Positions 14,101 through 27,000 of a DNA stretch of 64,000 bases are shown one piece after another. This stretch comes from Seison nebaliae. Lineage: Eukaryota. Every line of letters begins with the position of its first letter. The stretch's first letter is position 1. The stretch covers positions 1-64,000 of the forward strand of contig JALJEE010001986.1 in the NCBI GenBank assembly GCA_023231475.1, read 5' to 3'. Made by a program: the position numbers and the translations under genes. Under the pieces are notes generated by a model. That model had not been told where the DNA came from, did no database searches, and worked only from the letters and a program-made list of their open reading frames with translations.

Positions 14101-17100
14101 ATGCATATTGCAAATTGCAATTCTTCCTTTAATGTTTCAATATTCTCTGAAATTTTTGTAGATTATATTACGTGTTGTCCGGTAGATACACCAAAGGACG
14201 AAATCTAGGAAAGTCGTTATAGAATAATTAACAATAAAAGAAGATGTTTCTAGAAGATGACAGAGTAGCGATAGTAGAAATCCAGGCTGAGATCAAGCTG
14301 TAATTCAATGGAACCGATTTCACTTGTAAGCAAAAATGAAATGAAATGGATTGCTTTCTATTTATCACAACTCATTTTTAAAAAAATATTTTGATATAAA
14401 TTGTAATATTTGATTGATATCGTGATAATGATTCTGATAATGAATTACTCTATTTAAAATTGATTGATATTTAAGGAAAGAAATGACCATTCCAATGATA
14501 TTCACTAACCGGTTAATGTGGATGACTAGACGAATGATGGAGGACAACTAATGACTGGTTAACATCCTGGTGAAAGAAGAAGTAAATGTTACTAATAGTA
14601 ACTTACTATCTCATTTATTTTACTAATTTCATAACGGATACTGATTAGCAGTTCCGAATCGGAACTTATATAAAACAGGATAATATATAACGAACGTTGC
14701 ATGAGTTGAATTATAATGATATTCTTGATTATTATTATACTCTATACTTTTTATGTATTACGCCCATTCGACATTTCATGCATGCTTAATGGTGAGAATT
14801 TTGGTTGATATTGTTTTCGTTGCAAATCGTCTTAATTTTTGATAGATATGATAAGAAAGTTCCAAGATGTCTAATCTGATAGTAAGTAATGAGGAAGTTG
14901 AATACATCTTTCAATTTTTCTGCAGCCTATTTTAATAAATATGAATTTCTCTCATATGCTTGACTTCTACAACCAGCACGACGTCGAACATACGTCGAAT
15001 AATTATAATATTTTGTTGTAGTCCAATTTCACCATATCACAATCATTATCACCAGGATATTCATTTTAATCAAATCCTTGGACAATTGATGTATTATCTA
15101 TTAATAATATCATGAAGAGATATGAAAAGATTGATATAAGAATTTTCCTCTCGCATATTTCAGTTAAATCGCTCGGGTAATTATTCTAGCTAATTATGAA
15201 TTTTATAAAGAAGGTACTTTAAAGAATTGTAAGAGATTATGCGGAAATGAATAGATGTCACGGTGAAATTAAAATTATTAGAAAACTGACAAAGTAAAAA
15301 GTGAAAGCAAAGGAAAGGGTGAACACAATAGAGCACATAATTCTGGTTGTTAAGTTCATTTAGAAAATTTTTCCACGATGATTTGAGCAGGAAGGTAAGT
15401 TAAATGTAACATTCTCAAGATTTTCGACTTACTTAATTTCTTTGGTCCCATTTCCCCACCCATTTTTAGATACTTCTTTTTCGCATAATTCCGACTTACG
15501 TAAGTCATGATTCGCTGAGAAAAAAATCATCATTTTAATTCTTTGTTATCCTAGTCAATTCCGCTTCTTAAAAAGTAAATCAACTATATTCATATCTCAC
15601 ATCTAATATGTCAGAGATATCATGTAAACAAATATGGTTGGAAAACATTGGCAAGTTGCAGTGTTCTTGGGCAGTGAATGGACTTGATCCATTTATGAAT
15701 ACGAAACCTTAAGAGTAAAGCTCTTGCAGGATATGTGTCTCAGCGAAATGTCGACGAAAACATATAGACTCTCAAAAATGTTATTAATCCTTAAATTAGA
15801 GAAAGAATAATATTTATCAGAAAACAGTATATCAATCAACAGAAACGAACTGTTAGTTACTGTGTTTTAACAAAATCTTGAGAATTATATGAGAACATAC
15901 AACACTTACTAGATAAGAAATAAATTTATGTTTAAGATTAAAATGCAAAATTCCATTAACCCACCATTTTCTCTATCAGTTAATAATTTTAAGGTTATAG
16001 TTTCTTCAATGTATAAATGAATTGAATCGGAAAAACGTTAATAGATTCGAACAATGTCAAAACTGGGATATATGTGATCTATGATCTAATTTGATAGAAG
16101 AAGAAAATGGTATTTACGCTAGCCTGGAGGGAATATAATCGGTCTTGTTTAAGACCATTAATTTTCACTTGATCAATCGACATTACATGTTTGTTTCAAC
16201 GAAATTCGAACAAATTGATGAAAAGTTCCATGGAAATTCCATTATGCAGTATTAAAAATTTAAGGGGTCGATAGATGTCAATTGAATTTAAATCTCCTTA
16301 TTCTACATAGACAAATCTTTAGCGATTATTGCAAATGAAAATTTATTCTCTATTATATTCTTGTTCCATTGGAAAACTGTCATTTCTTTACGATGAAAAA
16401 GAAAATTCTTGATCATCGAACTTATCATTCATGAACGAATTGTTTGCGCAACCATGCCATTGAATTCGTGTTAAACAGAAATGTTGCCCTATATTATTTT
16501 TATGGTGTTGATGAAGGAAAAACTGTTTTCGAACATTTACCATAAGTTTATTCGCTCAAGGGAGTTGAACGATAATGAAAACCTTCGCAATAGATGATTC
16601 TTGACAATTTCACAAGATATGTAGGTATGAATATGATGATCGCAGTAATTTATTTTTTGGATCATATTCTTCCTCTTACTTATCTCCCAAAGTATCTGTA
16701 ACGAATTTCTTTTGTTAAATTTTAAATTGAGTAATTTATTTATATCTCATATTCTTCAAATTTTTTACAATCGAACATTCATCCAACCATGAATTTTTTT
16801 TTTGTTCTATAGGGTTTGTTCAAAGAATTATTTATGTTAATCTTAACTTCATAAAGCACATTATCGGATTGTAAGAACGAATAATGTTAAGACATTTCGA
16901 TAGTCTACTGGTTTGTACTCATAGCAATTGTAAGCATTTTATATTCAGGAAAAACGATTTATTTGAATATTCTAATGTTTTCATTCTTTTTCAAGAATCT
17001 ATCCGAGTAAACAAATGTCTCTATGGGAATGATGGATGTGTTTTTTGCACCAGCAACTAACATAAACTATTAGAAATATTAAATTTGAAATTGTTTTCAA

Positions 17101-18560
17101 TTGATGGAATAATATGAAACATGTTATGTCGTCGATAGATAATGATGTTGTTCTGAGTATTATATTTCTATTTCATATCAGACCTCTTAATGAAAACCGA
17201 TTTTTATGGTTTTTTATCAAATGGAATCGAAAAATATTGCTCAGAATGTGTTGCTCTTATATTCACACCTCCCCTTTAACATCCTTAAATGACGCAGGGA
17301 ATTGATGAATAGGAGATATGCATGAAATATATGGTATGGTATTGGATATAATAATTAATTGTTTCGCTCATTCCTATAGATTCTTAGAAGAGGTGTAGCA
17401 TAATTTTGTAAGAATTAGCATCGGTCGAACTTAATTGAGATATTCACTTGACGTGCAGATGTTTCGTTTCCTGAAGAGTTTCATAAATTTCCTTCTTTAT
17501 TATTTATTCAACTATGATCTAGAATGACTCAACAATTGCATTTTAAATTAAGAATTTAATGGAAAATATTTCATTATACATGATTTTTATTCTTGACTTC
17601 AAAGTATTTATTCAATTTTCATTAACATTCAATTTCTATTACTATTACACAATAGTCGCTTGAAGAAACTAAGCAAAGTAGGTAGTATTTGGAGTAAATG
17701 CAAACTGGTTATCCTTCATGTAGAATTCAGGAGATTGTAATCAATCGTTAATTCAATCGATTCCTGTTCATAAATGAAATAACGAACACCTTCTGTTCAG
17801 TTCTCAGGTAATTCGAGGTATACATCTGGGATATAATGTGATTTAAGTGTTTTATACATATTCGATTGCTAGAAAAATATTTATACAAGTCTTGTTTAAC
17901 AGTAACTCTCTACATATATTGTAGCAGCAACTAACAAAATTATAAGTCAAAATCTGTTTCTATTGAGGTAACAAATAATCATTCTTTGTGTTACATCTAC
18001 TAAGTTGTGTAATAGCTTTCGTTAATAGATAATCCTGACATACGTTATACTACCCCAATAATACACAACACGTCATTTTCGAGGAAAAACCTAAGTATTT
18101 TGTGCATTTTGTACATTTTTATTTGGGCGCGGCATGATATCTTGGGGATCAACAACACATATTTCATTCGTCATCGAATGTTAGTTGGGAAGATGTACGA
18201 TCTATTAAATGGAATATAATATTCTTTTAATGGTACCCGTGATAGATAAATGTCAATAATAGAAATTCGGTCATTGAGAATTGTCCTCTCATTTTTCATT
18301 CATCCAGTTACCATGACGTACCTCCTTCTTATGTCCATTCGAATAAAAAGAGTGTGATGGCAAATTTTTTTCTCCGCATTTTTATCTAGTCGATTATCTA
18401 TTTTGGGACGATCGATAACAGCTAAATAATACCCGATTATTTGTGTTTGGGAAGGTCACAAAAATAAGAACGAGTTATTCTTCAATTTCCATTCATCCGT
18501 TCGTTTTGTGATCCATTATTTTCTTCTTCGGACAATCATCAGTTTGTTGTTTATGGTTTG
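11200..18560 (+). ncRNA. Candidate very large, densely structured non-coding RNA (family unknown)
   Basis: No ORF longer than ~63 aa; near-continuous nested inverted repeats with G-U pairs on the + strand (see findings); boundaries approximate. Confidence 0.55.
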
Positions 18561-18678
18561 ATATATGACAAATTGCTTTGCACCAACAAAATATTTCATG
18601 AATATTTCTTAAATTTTTTTTTCATTTTTCTTTATTCATATTAGAAACTTAGTTGTTTTTATCCTATTGTTGAATGAA

Positions 18679-20970
18679 ATGAGAATCGATTGTGCTCAAC
18701 AAGTCAATGAAACCGTCTCGCCAATAATTGAACATTACTGCCAAATCTTCTTCAAACAATTATCTACGGATTATACACAATTCATGAATCATATGAAAGC
18801 AAAACATGAATTTGCTAAAACTCAAAGATATTTCATTTATACTGTTCTTGCATTGTTCTTAATTATCATCGGTACAATTGGCAATTTTTTATCTTTTATC
18901 ATTATGACAAGTGATTCATCAGGAATCCAACGACGATTACGTCGATTACTTTCGATAAAACAAAGTAATTTTCGTCCAAGTCAATCCAATTATCTCCCAA
19001 ATAACAAGACAGCAAATAACGATTATTTTCGAGAAACAATATCTCGCAATAATTCGAGTGATAATATCCCCACAAATCATTCAAGAAATTCAACTTTATT
19101 GAAAGAAAGAACAATTTCAAAATTCTTCTCGTGTTTCCGTTGTTGTTCATTCCAATTAGTTTATTGTCGATCCTCGTCATTCAATTACGAACATCGAAGG
19201 AAATATGTAAAGAAACAGTTGAATGACCAATTATTCAAAATGGCATTATTAAAAGGAGAGAAGGAACAAGAAGAATCGAAAACATTACAGATAAAGAATG
19301 ATCGTAACTATAAATTGCTCAATGAGAACTCGGGAGTATTCTCGTCATTTCGTTCGAATGAAGTTAGATCCCAAACCATACTCAGTCGGACCAAACAAAG
19401 GATACAATCATCAACATTAATTCCTTCTCGTACTCGATGGTATTTAGCGGTGCTGAGTATTGTCGATACTGTAGCTTTATTTACAATTCCTTCAAGACAT
19501 CTAATCAAATTCTTATTCGATCGCGAAATTCGAGCACTTTCTCTCGTCTCATGTCGAATTCATACGTTTCTCTGTTATTGTGTATTTTACATGAGTGCCT
19601 GGTTACTCACTTGTCTGGCCATGGATCGGTTTCATTTCATTTCTTATCTTTCTCATTTAATTTTATTATTATTATCCTTTAAAGATATTTCGTAGTTGCG
19701 AGGAAGAATTGGAAGATTTTATTTGCAGAGATTGTTTACGGATTTTATAAGAAATGGCCGTTCCGAAACCGTTCAACATTGTCTATCAGTAAAATATGTT
19801 ATTTATAATTTATTCTTTCGTCTTTCTTAATCGAATGTGCCATTTTCAGATTTAAATAATTTAAGAAAGCAATTATCCTCTTACGCTAATACCGCCAATA
19901 AGTCACGAGAAGCGAGACGTCAGATGAATCGAAATGCAAGGAAACATGTATTACTTCAGACTTTCGCATTATTATTCGTCGCTGCATTATTAAATCTACA
20001 TTATCTGATACTATACGGAAAGGAGAGGCGTATGAAAAATATTAAAAGAATTTCCCCCAATTTGACAATCATAGATCATATCACTCGAATCGAATGTTTC
20101 AATAGTAAAAATTTATTGTATAGTCAATTTCTTCGACAATATATCGAACCGATAAATGTCATGTTGCATTCGCTAATTCCATTTTCGATAATGATCATAT
20201 TCAATACATTACTCGTTCTTCAGTTGGTCAATTTACGAAATAAATGGAAAGTCAAGTCAAAAAATAACAATAATAATAATAACAACAACAATAATAATAA
20301 TTTTAGTAAAAGAATGGTGAATGGAGAGTCGAAATATAGAAGACAAAATTCATGTTGTTCTTGCGTATTGATCAAGCAATCAGATTTTGATGATGATGAT
20401 GTTGATGAGATGTCAAACAATTTAAAATTAGAGAGAATACTCGAACGGAAGAAAACGATGAATAAATCGAATAGGAAAAAGAAATGGCAAATGAATTCTA
20501 TTTCAATCACATTAATCGCAGTGACATGTACATTCCTATTATGCGCACCGCCTTCCTTGATTTTCAATGCGATTAATAGAAGAATATTCTCGTATTCTGA
20601 AAACACCAATCTTCCGAGCGATGTGCGTAATGCATTCCAGACACAAATCATTGAACCTTTATATGCACGAATGCCGTTGATATCAGATATACCAAAAACG
20701 AAACATCGACGCGACATGTCTACACGAAAAGTTCACAACATTCTCAGCGAAATTCAATTATTAGTTGCAGCATACGAAAGGAAATTTGCAGATAGTAAAA
20801 GGAATCTTGACCTCTTCTTCTCCTTATGGACGTTCACTCAAATCTTACTCGTTATCAATCATTCCTGCAATTTTTTCATGTACGTTTTGACCTCTTCCGT
20901 TTTCAGAGAGGAATTAAAAAATTTCTTTTTCATCTTTAAATTATACATCAAAAATTTATTCATCAAATGA
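18679..20970 (+). CDS. Class A (rhodopsin-like) peptide GPCR, FMRFamide-receptor-like, with greatly expanded loops; 2 introns
   Basis: TM1 IGTIGN, TM2 YLAVLSIVD, TM3 C...SAWLLTCLAMDR|YF (DRY completed across intron 19629-19684), TM5 IPFSIMIIFN, TM6 FLLCAPP, TM7 NHSCNFFMY. Confidence 0.9.
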
Positions 20971-21098
20971 TCGTTATTCCATATTTGTTTTCTCTTTATC
21001 CAATCCTCCATCTCATTCACTAATTTGTATTTCATTTATATTAAAATTTAATTTTGTTATCTTCTCAAATATTCAACGACGTAATAAAATTAACCTCA

Positions 21099-24000
21099 TT
21101 ATAAAATAGTTTGCAAATTCAATGGTCGTGCATCATCGGTATAAGGTGTAAATATTCTCGACCTATCGTTTTCCTCTGGAAGACTATTCTCTATCAGAAT
21201 ATCAAAATGATCATAATATTTATATAATTCTTCAAATTTCTCCTTCAACTTATCACCAATAATCGTCAATGCAACATGAGGTATGAAATATATTAATACT
21301 TCAGTAATGGCGATTAATCCGCATTTGAAACGACAATTAGCTTTCCTATTATCTAGATGTCCAAACCAAAATGGTGCATGAACTTTTTGCTAAATGGATA
21401 AATATGAATTCATAATATTGTGAAGAAGAAAGATGAAACATTTATCGGTAATATATCGAATTGGATGAAACCTTTTTGCATGAAATAAATTCCATCAATA
21501 ACATCATTTTTCCTCACCACATAATCTTCCGGTTCGAAATACCATTGTTCAGCAAAATCGACTATGAACAACTGTAAATGATGTTCCAACAATTGTAGTG
21601 ACGGAACAATGGTGAACATTCGAGCGATAATAGTAATGCAGATTTCCCTTCTGAGCGGATAAGGAATATCTTGGAAAATTTTCCTGAATTCAACTTCATG
21701 TTTCCAAGTCTCATTACTACGATGTTTCGCTTGTTTCCGATAACGCTCAGCAAGATCAGGTGAAAGACAATGAACATGAGTTAATTGGTTGAAACCTTTA
21801 CTCATCAATCTCGATTGTTGTTTAGTGATTGCTAAAATAAAATATTGCATAAGTGTATATCTTAATACTCGTAACAGTGTAAATTTACCCACGACCAGAA
21901 TAGAAACCAGTAGAAGAATTTCCAATATATTGATTGGGGGAGACTCGTCGAATTCGAGTAAGAACATTTTAGTTAAAACACTAAAATAATGAGGGAGAAT
22001 AATCTCTATAAATAAACGGAGACTCTTCTCACTATTTCTTTCTAATATGCATGTTCTCAATCTTTCTTTTGATAAGAAATCTTCTTCAGTCTTAAAGAAC
22101 AATCGATAATCAAGCATTGGCTGAAGGAGATCACGATTGACATACAAGAGGAATTGAAAACAAACGAATAATTGGAATGCCACGGAGAATAGAATTCCTT
22201 GTTCAATCATCGTAAAAGTATCACGAAGTGCATTCGATATTGTCAATCGAATAACTGGAGAATTATAATGTCTAATTCTTATGAGATGTAATGATTTTGC
22301 AATGATATAAACTTGTTGTCGATAATTTAAGAGGAATAATGGAAGAACATATGGAAATGGATTATTTTCAATAAACCAAACGACACGTTCATAATATGTC
22401 CAATTTGCATTGAATTTCATCGAGAACATTGACGAATAAAAGAAATCGGCAACTCTCAATTTGGTGTGGAAATAATAACTAATCAATGGTATGAGAATAT
22501 CTAAGATGAGATTGATCAATATCAAATAATAGTTGAGGCTGCAGGCATAATAAATTTCAATTGTCCATATTACTACAAACCAATTGATGATAATGAGTAT
22601 TATGAAAATTTTTCTGAAAATTAAAATATTTTCTAATGAAGCCGATTCATTGTCACACATCGTTAGAACGATGTCAAATATGCGATCAATATATCTCCCA
22701 ATTGCCATATTTAACATCTCCAGGAATGGATTATCATGTTTTTTCGATTTTCCAGTAATTACACTCGTTTGGTGTGTACTACCCATTGATATTTGAGTAC
22801 CGGTATTATTCGATTGATTAAAATTACATAAATGCTTTGTACAATGTTTAGTGAGATCATCTAAATCTTTTTCTTTTATTATCTTATGGAAGTTATTTAG
22901 CGATTCATCATAATTTGCATTCTGATTAACATTCTCGTTACTTCTTTTCTTACCATACTCAGAATCAAAATAATTTACTTTTCTTAATAAATTACTATTA
23001 TTTTCATTTTCGTTCGGGGTCTCTTTAAAGAAAGTGGGTAACATAGTTCTCGACTGTCGTTTTGTGACACCTTCAGCAAACGGATTATATTTAGTATTGT
23101 CCAACACCACCTCTTCTTTGGCGGATGCACGTAAAAGACGTTTAATTTGCAAATTTTGATGGTAACTGGTTTTGGGAAAAGTATCTAATTCTCGGCTAAA
23201 ATCCTCACGAATATTCTGCAATAAAAATTTGTTCTTATCTTTCATCGTTTGAATTTTTGAAAATTTATTAAGTTGGTATTCTAATTCTCTTTGTACTTTG
23301 TAGAATAAGGCCTCGTCTAATCGTTGTCGTTTCCTTATTACATGATCTCGTGTTAATTCATTCGCAAAATCTAATAAACGTTTTTTCGTGTCTATTGTCG
23401 ATTTGAATATGTGTTCATATCGACGTAACGACGCAACATGATCTAGATATCTCAAATATCTTTGTAAATTTATTAGACTTTTCTTCATTTGTTCATACCC
23501 GAAATTCTCATTCGTTTCCTCCGCTACAATCTTTTCCCAAAGATGCGGATGTTCCGGACTAAAATCTTCAATCGCTCTTTCTACTAATGAAGATATGTCA
23601 TTCTCAAGTACCATTATTAACGCCTTAATTTGACTATAAGTTTGACGGAAGTTCTGAAGAAGAGCATCTCGTAAGCCTGGATAATAATCTAAACATGATT
23701 TCGCATGCGCTAATGGTATACTGCAAATGAAACAATTTGTTTTTGCACTAAACAAATCCAGAAATTATAAAGTACAAACAAATAAAGGAATTGATAACCG
23801 ATAAGAAAATAATAATTTTTTTTCTATATACTCACAAGTATGCATTAAATATCTTGGGCCCACTATCACTTCGAGTACCATTAATAAACTTTCTTTAAGT
23901 TTAGCTGAATATTTCCGATCATAAAATAGTTCTTTCTGCAAAATTTTCCGATAATGCCCCGTCTCATATAATACTTCAACGGAGCCATGTTTGACGAAAT

Positions 24001-27000
24001 GAATATAATCGGAAATATTATCTTGTGCCTCAATAATTTCACCTGCCAAATAAAATTTTTGTCTAACATTGTCACAACAAACTCGGAGAACACTTCTCGA
24101 AAACAAATGGAAGACATAACTGGATAGAAATAATGAGTTAAATGCATCTAATGCTAAATCGCTGCGAGGATCGTGTGGAAACAACCTGATGATTTCGTGG
24201 AAGTTATTGTTCTTGAAAAAACTCCAAGTAACATCAGCACGTTTTTGTATATTTTGCACAATATCTTTGTCAATATTCTCTTTTTCCAAAAAAGTTATAA
24301 TTTTTCCCATTTTCTTCTTTTGGATGTAATAAGGTAAATTGGATTTTACTAAAATAATAATTTCTCGAGCCATTATCACTTGATAGAGGTACCAGCCGCA
24401 ACACATATAAGCTGTATTGATAATAACTTCCAATTTAGTTTTAGGAATAAAATATGAGGGCATATATCCAATGAGTAAGGAGAAGGTTTTAAATGAAAAT
24501 ATTGCATATAATTGCCACAAATCGAATGATTCGTGTACTTGTGTAAAATAGATATCGAATAAATCCGTTTTTAAACAAATTGCATTATATGACATAAATG
24601 AGACATAACATGCGGAAACTCTTTCATCGCACTTTTCGTTTGAAAATACATTTCGAATATTATAAATTACTGGGGAATCTGATGCACAAAAGAAAAGGAA
24701 ATAAAAGACGATAGCAAAAGCATTGAGTGCAAGAGCGAGTATAATGGCTGATATACGTCGAAATACTTTTTTATGTTGTTTCGAATAATATCTAATAAAT
24801 CCAATGATACGATACCAATGAAGTAATCGATTCAATACAACTGCTCTAAATTCGAATTTCGTATTAGTTATCTCATAAAGTTCTTTCCGAAGAATGATCT
24901 CTTGGTAGAACGAAATGACGATTTCCAAAGGCATCGTCCCAAAAATTTCAACGATTGTTGAAAGATTTAAAGAACGATAAACGGTTCGAATTTTTGTTGT
25001 GGTGAATATGGATTGAGCATAATGACGAATTGTTATCATATTGATATAAATGTCAATTACACTCACCAAATCGCATATATAGATGAATGTCCAACGTGTG
25101 AAATTTTGATCATCGATAAATAACAGGCGAAAGATTAGCATGGTTTGAAGGAAGGTGAATAATTCCCGAATAATTTTATAAATTTTCAAATAGTAATTCG
25201 ATGGACTAATTGTTGTTATTATGAATTTGGTACATATTAATTTGGTTATATAACTTTTATACGTATTCGTTTGAATGGTGCTTAGAAATATTTCATTTTC
25301 ATGTCTCAGATTATAATACGCTTCACATACGATATTACCCAATGCTTTCAACTTCGTTCTTAACGCGTCTTTATACGGTTCAGGTGCCAATTCATTACTG
25401 GGTAAACGAACAATTTCACTGGAGAAATCTTTCGATGATATAATATTCTCAACTAAAGTCGTTTTGATGATTCGGGTGGAATAACGTTCTAAAATGGTAA
25501 AGACTTGTAACAGCAATCCGAGACCACGACTGCTACCATTATCTTGAATGATAGTGTTATCAAATTCAATTTTATGATGAACTGAAAAGCGATCAAGTAC
25601 ATCGAGAAAACTGTTTCGTTCAATTTCGATCACTTCTAAATCAGTTAATGCATAAACTGTCATATCTTCTTGTGCACCCAACTGGAAGCCGAGTGCCCCA
25701 AAATAATCTTTGGGACATAATTTAAATAACTTAATTTTATGATATTGGGCAATACAATATCCTTTCCTGATGATAAATAAACGATGACAAAAATTCTTTT
25801 CTGTTGTAATTTTTTGTCCAGCCAGAAAATATTGAACATTAGTAATTTTTGATAAAGCTGTACGGAAACTGGTGATTTCTAAATTCTTAAAAAATGGCGT
25901 TTCTTCCAATAATTCTTGATAGAATGGATTGATTGAACGTTGGATTCGAGGTGGGAAATATCGTTTAATTTCATTATCAAGAAACATTGAGAATATTTTG
26001 AATTTCTGCACGATCACATTACAATAATCATAGATTGGAACGAGAAAATAATCTTTCACATGGAATAGTGATCCAAACTGATTCATCAGATCCGTTATCT
26101 CGTCAACAGGTTCACATGTTCGATAGATGATATAACTGTTGACGAATATGATGGAGAATATTAACATTCGGATGAATATGCAGATGACTAATATGAATAC
26201 GAAGGAATGAATATACGGATCATTGATGGCCAATTTCGTAATAGGATTAGTTGTGCCAACAAGTAATTGAATAATTATGAAGAAGTTCAATGTATATGAA
26301 TCACTCAAACTACCTTCAACATTCAAAAAAGGGAAATATTCTGTATAGTTACATGTCTCATTATTATGAGAAATTATTTTAACGATACACATTAAGAAGA
26401 AATAATAACAACTCACAATATGAATGCACAATACGGTACAGATGGGTTGTATGATGATAGAGATCCATAATGAGCCTATTGAAAATGGAGATCGTTGACG
26501 GAAGAATTTTAATAATGAATAAATCACGTAAAATATTCGGTTGAATTTCATCGTCATATTATAGCACAATGTCATATATCGATACAAATCTTCATTTATC
26601 GGACTATAAACTACAGTGGGATCATCGAAATCGAAAACCCATTCGAAAGGAATAATATAATTCAACGGTACGAATGAAATGAACATGATAAATACATCAA
26701 AAGTGAATAGTCCGTAATGTATCGGCTTGACAACGATATGAGCACATGACGATTCAAATCGATGGATTTTGGTTAGTAGATATGAAAGAATAAAAAAGAA
26801 TGCAACCAAATCAAATGCGTAACTAAGTGTATGACAGATCTCTAATTTCTTCCCATATAATGGATCAAGTAATAAGAAGCCATATACTCCAAACGTCGTA
26901 TTAATGATAATCATCACTACTAGCATTATCGTATGCAATATTTGTAATTGACTATTAAGATGCATCGACAGCTTATAAACCATCTTAGCAATTTGAAGGA

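Noticed and set aside
14170..14210. GTCC...GGACGAAA resembling hammerhead stem II
   Set aside because: The required CUGANGA core is absent upstream.
18447..18515. TTGGGAAGGTC resembling RNase P RNA CR-I
   Set aside because: The following bases form a local hairpin with 18504-18513 and no CR-V/P4 partner was found.
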